From a virus: a DNA stretch of 64,000 bases. The notes below the pieces were generated by a model that was not told the origin of the DNA, did not search any database, and saw only the letters and a list, made by a program, of their open reading frames with translations. Both the position numbers and the translations under genes were made by a program. The stretch covers positions 64,001-128,000 of IMG/VR virus record IMGVR_UViG_3300045988_176431; one strand, 5' to 3'. Each line of letters starts with the position of its first letter. Position 1 is the stretch's first letter. Below are positions 39,940-49,500 of this stretch, one piece after another.

Positions 39940-40004
39940 GCAATAGAAAAAAGAGGAAATAATTAAATTTAATTATTTCCTCTTTTCTTTTTTCATGAAA
40001 GGAT

Positions 40005-40757
40005 GTGAATGTTTTGGATTTAGATAAAGAAGATATCTTTTCTGGTGAAACTAAACCAGTTATATTAACTCAAGATTCTATGTTCATGAATGCCAATACA
40101 TTATTCATTGAATATATTGATATTATACGTCCAATTGGATTTTTGGTCAGTATTTTTTTGAATCGGATTAAAGAAGATTACAATGGTTTATTTGATTTAT
40201 CACCAATTGACGGATTAGAATATGATGGAATCTGGGAATGGTATATCAATCGAAAGAATCAAAATGTTGTTTATGAACTTCTTAGTAAAGAAAATAAAAA
40301 TGCCATTCCATTTCACAAATTAGATGAAATTGAATCAACGGTAATTGATTCAATTGAACATGAATTTTTTCATATTGTACCAGAACTTGCTTTTTGTCAG
40401 ACATTGAGTAATTTGATTAAAGTAGCAGATGAAAACTTAATTAAACATATTATTATTTGGTATCCAATAAAGAATGAGAAAGTAGAAGAAGATGTTAAGG
40501 AATTATTTGGTGAGAAAGTACAAATTAAATTTGGACCAATTGATGAGGTTTTAAGAAAAGTACCAGAAGATTCAACCTATGTGTTCTCAGACATCACTAA
40601 TATCATACTATTAGAAGATTTAGGTAAGTTAAAATATTCTTCTGTTGTTGTACCGTATAATATTTCTTATAATATGATTGGTGACAAGTTAAAAATTAAT
40701 ATTGAAGAATATGAAAAATATAATCTTTTTAAATTCACCTTTTTCAATAACTTGTAA
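40005..40757 (+). CDS. hypothetical protein (about 250 aa)
   Basis: GAAAGGATGTGAA...TTTG context identical to the ppk start region. The true start may be TTG 40014. Confidence 0.5.
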   Translation: MNVLDLDKEDIFSGETKPVILTQDSMFMNANTLFIEYIDIIRPIGFLVSIFLNRIKEDYNGLFDLSPIDGLEYDGIWEWYINRKNQNVVYELLSKENKNAIPFHKLDEIESTVIDSIEHEFFHIVPELAFCQTLSNLIKVADENLIKHIIIWYPIKNEKVEEDVKELFGEKVQIKFGPIDEVLRKVPEDSTYVFSDITNIILLEDLGKLKYSSVVVPYNISYNMIGDKLKINIEEYEKYNLFKFTFFNNL

Positions 40758-40823
40758 CAGATAGAATCAAAAAATACAAAAAACAGAAAATTAATATATT
40801 TGTAGAAAGGAAGGATAACTTAT

Positions 40824-42932
40824 ATGCCAACAAAAATGGAACCTGTTGTAAAAACAGAAGAATTAGTTCAGAAAAGTGAACGACAATTAGAATTAGAAGA
40901 AAGAAGAAAATTCTTTCATGGAGAACCGCTTTTGAATGTGGTAAAAAAAGATGAATTTCAAAAGAGAGTTGCTAAAGTATTTAAAGAAATTTCAGATGTT
41001 TTAGCATGTTCTTTTGGTGCATCCGGAGCACCAACAATTATTTCAAAATATCCATATTCTCATGTAACAAAAGATGGATTTACAATCTTTAAAAATATTA
41101 CATGTGATATTGAATGTGGTAGTATTATCGATTCTGTCATCGCTAATTTGATTGGAGATATTTGTGGAAGACTCAATTATAAAGTTGGTGATGGTACAAC
41201 AACAGCTATTGTTGCTACGAATGCAATTTATGAAGCTTATTATGAAAATAAAGAGTTCTTTGAACGTAATAATATTCTTCCACGTGATATTGTGAAAGAA
41301 TTTGCGAAACTTAAAGATCATATTGTAGAACAGATTAAGAAAGAAGCTGTTCATTTTACAGATGACAAAGAAGAGATGTTAGATACAATTGAAAAGATTG
41401 TACGAATCTCTAGTAATGGAGATGAAGAACTTACAAGAATGATTCGTGAGATTTATGATAAAATCGGATACCCATCAATTACAGCAGAACTTTCAAAAGA
41501 TGCTGTCACTAGATATCAAATTATTGATGGTTTCCGTACTGGTGTTATGCTTACAGATAAGATTTATGAGAATACAGATGATGGGTTCTTTGATTCGAAT
41601 AATCTTGATGTAATCATCTTTGATCATCGTGTAGATACAAAGGCTTATGAAAAAATTATTAAGCCTCTTAATATTGTCTGCAAAGCACAGGGAAGAGAAC
41701 TTATGGTAATCGCACCTACTTATTCAGATAATACAATTCAGAATGAAATCCGAAAAGACATTTTATCAGAGTATAAAGAAACAAGAAAGTCAAGTTTGAT
41801 TCTTTGTGTTTGTAAAGCACAGACTGCTAATGCAAAACGTTCTTTAGCAGATTTGGCGATGCTTTTAAATACAACGATTATTGATAGAAACTTTGCACAG
41901 GATATTATTGGAGATTGTATTAATAATTCAGCAAATCCATTTTATGCTTGTACTTATTTCAATTTCAATCGAGGAATTGAAAATCTTGCTTATATTAAAC
42001 AGAGTAAAGAGGGAGTAATTCAGGCAGTATTTGATGATTCCAATTCGGAATTGGAAGAATATCCAATGAATGAAAAATGCATCGATGTAGGTTTTACCGG
42101 AAAGGTTTCAGCAGGAGAGAATTATTCCATCTTCTCAGATTTCCATTATAATGAAGCCCTTTATAACAAGTTCTTAGATGATGCAAAAACAACAATGGAT
42201 GATTTAGTTGAAAAGTATGCAAAACTCGGAACTTTCAATTATGAAGTAACAGAAGCAATGAAGCGTTATAGTTCATTACAGTTGATGACTGCTGTAATTG
42301 AAGTAGGTGGTGATTCAGAACTTTCACAGGCAATGTTGAAAGATTCTGTTGAGGATGCAATTCGTGCGGCTGAATCTGCTTATAATAATGGATATATTCT
42401 TGGTTGCAATGTAACAACAATGAAAATTATTGAGGATATTGTTCATAATGAAATTCAATCAGAAATATCAAGTAGATTATATCGTATACTTTATAGTGGA
42501 TTATCTAAAGTATATGATACAGTTCTTTCAAATGCTTTTGGTAAACCAACGTTCAGATACAATGTAGATGAAAATACAAAGGAAGATTTCTTATCTTATG
42601 TAGAAAAAACGCTTGGAATCAAATCAGATATATTCAATATGGAAACATTGGATGAAACATTTGATATTTTGAATAAAGATATGAATGATTATTTTGATGC
42701 TCACCCAAATGCAGAACGTAGTACTGAATATTGGGATATTGATATAATCGGTGTTCTTAATAATCAAAGTGTTAAAAACTCAGTCGTATTTGATTTGAGC
42801 ACAAAAGAATTTAACAAGGATGTTATTAACAGTGCGGCAACTGATATTGAGGTATTAACTGCTGTTGTTGACCTTATGAGTATTCTGATTACAGGAAATC
42901 AGTTGATTGTTACCGGTAAACATAATTTCTAG
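40824..42932 (+). CDS. GroEL-like (group I) chaperonin, enlarged (702 aa)
   Basis: VGDGTTTAIVATNAIYEAY equals GroEL AGDGTTTATVLAQAI. TAVIEVGGDSELSQAMLKDSVEDAIRAAESAYNNGYILGCNV equals [42 protein letters not shown]. Confidence 0.8.
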   Translation: MPTKMEPVVKTEELVQKSERQLELEERRKFFHGEPLLNVVKKDEFQKRVAKVFKEISDVLACSFGASGAPTIISKYPYSHVTKDGFTIFKNITCDIECGSIIDSVIANLIGDICGRLNYKVGDGTTTAIVATNAIYEAYYENKEFFERNNILPRDIVKEFAKLKDHIVEQIKKEAVHFTDDKEEMLDTIEKIVRISSNGDEELTRMIREIYDKIGYPSITAELSKDAVTRYQIIDGFRTGVMLTDKIYENTDDGFFDSNNLDVIIFDHRVDTKAYEKIIKPLNIVCKAQGRELMVIAPTYSDNTIQNEIRKDILSEYKETRKSSLILCVCKAQTANAKRSLADLAMLLNTTIIDRNFAQDIIGDCINNSANPFYACTYFNFNRGIENLAYIKQSKEGVIQAVFDDSNSELEEYPMNEKCIDVGFTGKVSAGENYSIFSDFHYNEALYNKFLDDAKTTMDDLVEKYAKLGTFNYEVTEAMKRYSSLQLMTAVIEVGGDSELSQAMLKDSVEDAIRAAESAYNNGYILGCNVTTMKIIEDIVHNEIQSEISSRLYRILYSGLSKVYDTVLSNAFGKPTFRYNVDENTKEDFLSYVEKTLGIKSDIFNMETLDETFDILNKDMNDYFDAHPNAERSTEYWDIDIIGVLNNQSVKNSVVFDLSTKEFNKDVINSAATDIEVLTAVVDLMSILITGNQLIVTGKHNF

Positions 42933-42948
42933 ATTGAGGTGAAATTCT

Positions 42949-43725
42949 ATGGTCCCATTTCAAACATTAAGTGAATTCGTTGAAAATCCTTTTGGTATTT
43001 CTGATACTAAAAAACGAAATACACTAGAAGAAAAGTATGTAAAAATGAAATCAAATTCAAAATTCAAAGTAGAAGGATTTACTACGATTGATGATGATTA
43101 TTTGATTCATGTAATGGTTCCATCCGATTCGAATTCAAATCAATCTTATGATGTCGTTGTTCTTTTCTTTACTGATGATACTGTCGTAAAGAAAAGAACA
43201 ACCTTTTCAAATTATTATGTGAAGTTCTTTTCGAATTCACCTAGCTTTATTTATCAATATGCTTATCTTTATCGAGAAAATGGTTTCTTAATTGATTTTC
43301 TTTATGATAAGTTAGATGATAATTTTAGTTCTCAGGCACCAACAAAGTCAAATAAGAATATGGATTTATTTTATGATAAATCCATATATTGTGCTTCTCG
43401 TTTGATTCTTGATAATGGTGGTATTCTTTTAAGCAAACTTGGTATTATTACAAAGCATAAAAAGAATAAAGATAAATTCTTTCGAGATATTAAATCTTTT
43501 GAGAATATTAAAATGACATCGGAATTAAAATCTGTTGATAAAAAGATTAATAAAGAATTGGAAGAGAATAAAAAAATAAAGAGAAAAGAAAAGTCAAAAC
43601 AAAAGGCTCGTTCATCCAATAAGATTATGGCAAAGTCAAATACCTTGTCAAAGAATTCGAAACCAGGAATCACAAAAGTAAAAAAGAAAACAGGCAACAA
43701 AAAAGTAGTTTCTCGAAGAAAATAA
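42949..43725 (+). CDS. hypothetical protein with a Lys-rich C-terminus (258 aa)
   Basis: TTGAGGTG RBS. Confidence 0.5.
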   Translation: MVPFQTLSEFVENPFGISDTKKRNTLEEKYVKMKSNSKFKVEGFTTIDDDYLIHVMVPSDSNSNQSYDVVVLFFTDDTVVKKRTTFSNYYVKFFSNSPSFIYQYAYLYRENGFLIDFLYDKLDDNFSSQAPTKSNKNMDLFYDKSIYCASRLILDNGGILLSKLGIITKHKKNKDKFFRDIKSFENIKMTSELKSVDKKINKELEENKKIKRKEKSKQKARSSNKIMAKSNTLSKNSKPGITKVKKKTGNKKVVSRRK

Positions 43726-43740
43726 ATTTTATATAAAATT

Positions 43741-43750
43741 TATATATTAT
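43741..43750 (+). promoter_or_regulatory. TATATATTAT motif, copy f
   Basis: Exact 10-mer about 35 nt upstream of the RBS of the four-intron gene. Confidence 0.4.
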
Positions 43751-43782
43751 TTATTTGGAATAAAAAATATAAGAAAAAGGGG

Positions 43783-46700
43783 ATGAAATATTTGCCAGTT
43801 AAAAAATCTAATCCAGTAGAGGAAATTGATCGCTCAAAATTAAAGAGCAAAATCAATATCTGGAAACCAAAGAAATCTGAGATTATAGTGGAACAAGATG
43901 GAAATATTTTTGTCTGTCATTTTGACAAGATTTTCAATCAACCAAATCTCAAACCCTTAACTAAATTTATTATTAAAAAATCTAGTTATATCAACCAATT
44001 ACCAGTCATTACAAGGTATACAAACTTTTTCATGAATTGTTATGATACAGAGAATGACTTAGCAATGGCTTATTTGAAGATTAAGTATGCTCTTGATAAA
44101 GAGAGAGTATTTAATGAAACAAATACTTCTGCATTAATTGATATGATATATGAGATTCTTTTTACACCAAGGCTTTGTGAAAAGATTACTCGTATGGTAG
44201 AAGAAAATTACTTAGATGATATCGAAAAAGGGGATGGAAAGAAATATAAAAAGAATAAAGACTACTTAGAAAGTCTTGAATTCACCAATGAACATATTAA
44301 GATTCTTCTTAGAATCTCATTTGGTATTAAAATCATGTCACCGATTCTTTTTCATTATCTTACGATTAATAATATGAATAAGTTGGATAAAGACAGTGAT
44401 TTGATTTACAAGTTCTATGAAAGACTGTTTCCTTTGTTCTCCGGAAACGTCAATATGTTTAATAAGCTCTTTGTTTATTGTAAAACAAAAGTACTGGATG
44501 CATCTGCACATAACAGTACAATCTTTGAACAAAGAGAAATTTTTGGTGTAGATAAGTATTCAGTTATTGATAAATTTGTGAGAAAAGTAATTATCTCAGA
44601 AAACATGGTTAAAGTATTTGATCATGTAAAACCTCTCTAATTGCGGGGAACTCTCGTTAGGTCTTAACTACTAAACTAAGATAGTGATATACTTAGTGGC
44701 AAGGGGTAACTCCTAAGGTATAGTAAAAAGGTTAAGAATAGAGACAATCGACGCAGGGAAGTATCTCTTATGAGATATGGCTTCATCGACTAGGGAAAGA
44801 CTAATTTATATTAATTAGAATCGAGTAGGTCCAATTATAGGACGAAATGTAGGTGAGTATATATAATATATACAAAAATCCGAAACGGGAGGCATTGATA
44901 TATTTAGTAATAGAATATATTAATGAAGATATAGTCAGTGTAATATAAAAACATGAAATACTTGTTCAATGAACACTGGGATAGACGTTTCATGTTCCAG
45001 TATAAAAACCTCTCTAATTGCGGGGAACTGTCTATAATGATTATTTACTAAACTAAGATGGTGACATACTTAGTGGCAAGGGGTAACTCCTAAGGTATAG
45101 TAAAAAGAATAATCATTGACACAATCGACGCAGCGAAGTATCTTATATGAGATATGAGTTCAACGACTATCGAAAGTATAATTATAAGAGAAATCTTATA
45201 ATGAATAAACGAGTAGAGTAGACTGATTTAATCAGGTGCATGAAATTGATGCTTTACGAAACGGGAGGTATTGATATATTTGGTAATAGAATATATCAAT
45301 AAAGATATAGTCTAATTAAAATAGGTGAAACAGAAAAAATACAAGGAGAACATTGTTGGATCAATATTAGGTTCAACCAAAACCTCTCTAATTGCGGGGA
45401 ACTATCTATAATTAATAACTACTAAACTAAGATAGTGATATACTTAGTGGCAAAGGGTAACTCCTAAGGTATAGTAAAAAGGTTATTAATTGATACAATC
45501 GACGCAGCGAAGTATCTCTTATGAGATATGAGTTCAACGACTAGGGAAAGCTAGACAACCATATTGATAGAAATATCTAAAAGAATATAATATTCTGATG
45601 GTTTGATGTGAGTAGGTCCAATGATAGGACGAAATGTAGGTGAGTATATATAATATATACAAAAATCCAAAACGGGAGGTATTGATATATTTGGTAATAG
45701 AATATATCAATAAAGATATAGTCTACATTGAAAAATGTGTTAATAAAACGATTAATTTAATAGTCGCAATGATATAAAGAAATTTATATCTGGACAAACC
45801 ATCCTAATTGCGGGGAACTCTCGTTAGGTCTTAACTACTAAACTAAGATAGTGATATACTTAGTGGCAAGGGGTAACTCCTAAGGTATAGTAAAAAGGTT
45901 AAGAATAGAGACAATCGACGCAGCGAATATGCTTTGAAATAAATAATAACATGTAAAGAAATAGGAGATAGATTAGGAATGACAAGAAATGCTGTTTGGA
46001 ATATTAAACAAAAAATAAATTAAACAAAATCAAAGCATAATGTTCAACGACTATCGAAAGTATAGGTTAAGAGAAATACTTAACTGAATAAACGAGTAGA
46101 GTAGACTGATTTAATCAGGTGCACGAAATTGGTGCTTTACGAAACGGATGGCGTATTATATTTGGTAACAGAATATAATACGAAGATATAGTCTAACCTA
46201 TGTAGTGATATATGGTATAAGTGTATTAAATTTCAGATGAATTATTTTCTTAAGGAGCAGTATGAGAAAACAATGACCGAGATTTCTAACACAAAAAATA
46301 GTGATGGATTATCCGGTCAAGATAAAATGGAAATGAATTTGACTAAGATTGATGAAGGTATCACAACTCTTAGTGAGTTCAATATTAAGAATTGTATTGA
46401 ACGTATTCAAAGAGAGATTGATATTCCAATCTCAGATGAAGAAATTCAATATTATAGGGACCATCATATTCCTAGCCCTATTCAGATTCAATTGGTATAT
46501 TCGTACTTTGCAGAATATTTTACGGATTATCGTGATTTGAACCTTTTAACAAGAAGAGATTATCTTCATTTATTACTTTTATTAAAGAAGAAACTCTTAA
46601 TTGAGGCTGGATATGATGAGAAAGAAAATGAATTTACAGATGCGATTCTTCCATATATTCTAACAGGAAATTTGGAAGAAAAAGTTTCTACTCGAATGAT

Positions 46701-46941
46701 TCGAAACAACAAGTTTATTTCAAAGATTGAAACGAATTATATGTATCAACAGTTAGTAGAAAAGAAGTATAAGCATCTGCAAGAATTAAAGAAAGACTAC
46801 ATATTACAAGTATTATCTTCGATTATCAATACGAATTTTACTTATGTAGTTTATGAGGAACCTGAAATGTTAGGAAAACCAATTGTTTATAATGAAGATA
46901 AAATCTCGGATGAACTCTTGTTTTTCTTAAAATGTATTTAA
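43783..46941 (+). CDS. hypothetical protein interrupted by four tandem group I introns (exons 43783-44610, 44956-44982, about 45325-45361, about 45738-45752, and about 46224/46237-46941)
   Basis: The ORF 43783-44640 runs into the intron P element, and the ORF ending at 46941 resumes after intron 10. The first three 5' splice sites are well supported. The last two micro-exon boundaries and their reading phase could not be resolved by hand. The start may be TTG 43792. Confidence 0.5.
44611..44955 (+). mobile_element. group I intron 7 (345 nt, ORF-less, type-B 3' half)
   Basis: P1 is CATGGTT paired with GATCATG. The 3' splice site after ..AACATG gives the in-frame 27-nt exon KYLFNEHWD. Confidence 0.75.
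44983..45324 (+). mobile_element. group I intron 8 (about 342 nt, ORF-less, type-A 3' half)
   Basis: P1 is CTGGGAT paired with GTTCCAG (7 bp, terminal U-G). The 3' end is provisional. Confidence 0.7.
45362..45737 (+). mobile_element. group I intron 9 (about 376 nt, ORF-less, type-B 3' half with an extra insertion)
   Basis: P1 is GTTGGAT paired with GTTCAAC (7 bp, terminal U-G). The 3' end is provisional. Confidence 0.7.
45753..46236 (+). mobile_element. group I intron 10 (about 484 nt, extended P1-P2 variant, degenerate ORF remnant in P6)
   Basis: The core P/Q/R/S elements are intact. P1 is only CGAT paired with GTCG, placed by analogy with introns 2 and 6. Both ends are provisional. A mini-ORF lies at 45979-46023. 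Confidence 0.6.
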
Positions 46942-46950
46942 TGTAAAGAA

Positions 46951-46995
46951 GAATTATGATAGAAAGTTTTTACTTCTATCATAATTCTTTATTTT
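46951..46995 (+). terminator. rho-independent terminator
   Basis: GAATTATGATAGAAAGT / ACTTCTATCATAATTC stem followed by TTTATTTT. Confidence 0.6.
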
Positions 46996-47019
46996 ATGGA
47001 GGAAAGGAATGAATGAAAT

Positions 47020-47742
47020 ATGTTATACTATGTAGACACAGAATTTACAAATTTAGGAAAAGATGCAGAACTTATTAGTATTGGAGTGATTAGTGAAAAA
47101 GGAGATTCCTTTTATGCAATTTTAAGTGATTATAATAAGGAAAAATGCTCTGACTTTGTAAAAGAGAATATTCTTCCAAAATTAGGAAAACCAGGAATTA
47201 GTGAAAGAATTGTAAGTAGTAAAAAATTTATACTTAAAAGTTACAATACTGTGGATAGTACTAAGAAAAATGTAAGAGAAAGATTACTTAAGTTTTTAAG
47301 TAGAATAAGTGATTATACCACTTTTGTTTCAGATGTTTGTCATTATGATGGTGTATTAATATTTGACTTACTGATGGATGAAAGAACAAAAGAATTACCA
47401 AAAAATATCAATCCGATGGTAATTGATATATCAACGGTTCTTTTCTATCAGAGATTTAGAGTAGAAAAAGAATTGGAGAAAAATGGTGTAAAAGAAAAAT
47501 CGACTGATACAAGTGAAATTGAAAAATATGCTTTTGATAAGACAAGAGAAGACCTTGTGGAAAATCTGGAAATATTTGGTACAAAAACTGAAAATAACGA
47601 AGATTACAAACATAATGCATTGTGGGATGCTTTTGTGATTTCATCAATTTCTAAAAAGTTCATATCAAATACAGTAAATCTTGCATTTGAGTCAGTATTG
47701 TATGGTGATATTATGGAATTAATCAAAGAAAGGATGAATTAA
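47020..47742 (+). CDS. DEDDh (DnaQ/RNase T-like) 3'-5' exonuclease
   Basis: N-terminal YYVDTEFT (Exo I, D-x-E) and C-terminal HNALWDAF (H-x4-D, Exo III). Confidence 0.6.
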   Translation: MLYYVDTEFTNLGKDAELISIGVISEKGDSFYAILSDYNKEKCSDFVKENILPKLGKPGISERIVSSKKFILKSYNTVDSTKKNVRERLLKFLSRISDYTTFVSDVCHYDGVLIFDLLMDERTKELPKNINPMVIDISTVLFYQRFRVEKELEKNGVKEKSTDTSEIEKYAFDKTREDLVENLEIFGTKTENNEDYKHNALWDAFVISSISKKFISNTVNLAFESVLYGDIMELIKERMN

Positions 47743-47743
47743 T

Positions 47744-48157
47744 ATGTCAGATCAATTGAAAAATTTAAAACCAATTACTGCTATGGAGGTTTCAGATAAA
47801 TTTAATATTATGATAAATAAACGATTGGAAGCATGTGGATGTGATTATGAATCTTTAATACGAATAGCAGCAACTATTATTGAAATAATATTCTTTGAAG
47901 AAGGAATATATAAAACGGTTGAAAAGATTCAATATCGAGATGGAATTTCAAAATATTTTGTAGTAATAAAAAAGTATAATAGCATGGGTTTTTCAAATAA
48001 TGATATCAAGATTTTAGAATTGATTGATGATTTATTAGGAGCAGATATTACTATAAATAAATTTAGATTTATTGGTGAAATCATTACTTTATTGAGAGGT
48101 GATGGATATACATCATATATCAAAGAAGATACTTTATATATTAAATTTAAACAATAA
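47744..48157 (+). CDS. hypothetical protein (137 aa)
   Basis: The ATG is 1 nt after the upstream stop, with AAAGAAAGGATG inside the upstream gene end. Confidence 0.5.
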   Translation: MSDQLKNLKPITAMEVSDKFNIMINKRLEACGCDYESLIRIAATIIEIIFFEEGIYKTVEKIQYRDGISKYFVVIKKYNSMGFSNNDIKILELIDDLLGADITINKFRFIGEIITLLRGDGYTSYIKEDTLYIKFKQ

Positions 48158-48180
48158 TCAAATTTAGGAGGTATAATAAA

Positions 48181-49377
48181 ATGGATGTAAAAAATTTTGA
48201 AAGACTCCGATATACAAATAATTTTTATAAGAGAATCATTGATCAGATGAGTGTTCAAATTATTGGTGCTGAAGAAACAGATAAAGAATTGATGGATTAC
48301 TTGTGTGAATCCATCAATAAGTTTGGATTCAAAACACTTATAGGAAATCTTGACCCGGATATAAAAAATACATATAGGGAGTCAAGTATTATAGGTTACA
48401 GCTTTTCTCAATTGTATAATGAAAGTTCTCTCACAGGTAATATCACAATGAATCTACTTACTATATTCATTTTAAATGATAAGACTCGTTGTGTGTATGA
48501 TAAAACAAAAAAAGCGGATGAACTTATTGTGCTTAATTCAAAAGACTATGAGAATGGTTTCCCTTCAAGTGAAGATATATATAATATTTTGAATAATGAA
48601 ATATTTTCTAAAGTAAATATTATTATACCTTGGAGTGGTGGCTGGGATTCTACTCTAGTATACTTAAAAGTATTAGGTACTAAATTATTTAAAAGAATTT
48701 CAGTACCGTTTTGTAGTTCAGAAAACTTACAAACACAAAAACAAAGAGAAGCACGTGATATGATATCAGAAGAATTAAAGAAGCTTATTGATTCTTTATA
48801 TAGTGAAGAACTTGAAAAAATCGATGATGTAGGTGATTGTGATATATGTGAAATTTTAGATAATGAAATAAATATCAATATTCCAGATGCAAGTCATATG
48901 CCTTCCATGCCTACAAGAAATCAACTACCAATGATATTTACTACTATGATGTATTCTTGTTCTTGTAGTAAAAATATAGTATTATACCCGATTATAAAAC
49001 AAGACAATTGGAGTAAAGATGATATTACTTCTTTTAAAGAGGGTTTCATTAATTTTTGTTCAGCGTATTCAGGAAATAATATTGCTGCTATAGTTGATTT
49101 TCCTCTTATTGAGTATGATAAAGTTGATGTTATTGAAGAAATATTTAAATTCGAAAAAGATTATGACATTTCTATTCATGACAAGATTTATACTTGTGAA
49201 TGTGGATATAATATTTGTAGTTATGATCCGTGTAAATCATGTAAAGTTGAACGTGAAGCTTTAGAATCTAGTAAAAATCCTGATGTTCATGAATATTTTC
49301 TTGAGAAGTATGAAAAAGAAGGACTTACGAAAAAAGAAGAATATTTTGAAAAATTACAAGAAGGGTTAAAAAAGTGA
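48181..49377 (+). CDS. PP-loop ATP pyrophosphatase family protein, QueC-like C-terminal Cys cluster
   Basis: IIIPWSGGWDSTLVYL is the SGGxDS PP-loop. The C-terminal TCECGYNICSYDPCKSCKVEREAL resembles the Zn-binding C..C..C..C tail of QueC. About 140 aa of unknown N-terminal extension. Confidence 0.5.
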   Translation: MDVKNFERLRYTNNFYKRIIDQMSVQIIGAEETDKELMDYLCESINKFGFKTLIGNLDPDIKNTYRESSIIGYSFSQLYNESSLTGNITMNLLTIFILNDKTRCVYDKTKKADELIVLNSKDYENGFPSSEDIYNILNNEIFSKVNIIIPWSGGWDSTLVYLKVLGTKLFKRISVPFCSSENLQTQKQREARDMISEELKKLIDSLYSEELEKIDDVGDCDICEILDNEININIPDASHMPSMPTRNQLPMIFTTMMYSCSCSKNIVLYPIIKQDNWSKDDITSFKEGFINFCSAYSGNNIAAIVDFPLIEYDKVDVIEEIFKFEKDYDISIHDKIYTCECGYNICSYDPCKSCKVEREALESSKNPDVHEYFLEKYEKEGLTKKEEYFEKLQEGLKK

Positions 49378-49409
49378 ATGAAATATTGATTCATATTGAT
49401 TCATAAAGT

Positions 49410-49419
49410 TATATATTAT
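49410..49419 (+). promoter_or_regulatory. TATATATTAT motif, copy g
   Basis: Exact 10-mer followed by the hairpin 49433-49467 (AAAATGAGTAGAAAT/ATTTCTACTCATTTT), then the RBS of 49501. Confidence 0.35.
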
Positions 49420-49500
49420 TTATATGAGTGATAAAATGAGTAGAAATTTAATATTTCTACTCATTTTCATATGAATAAAGAAAGGATGATGTAAAAATTT

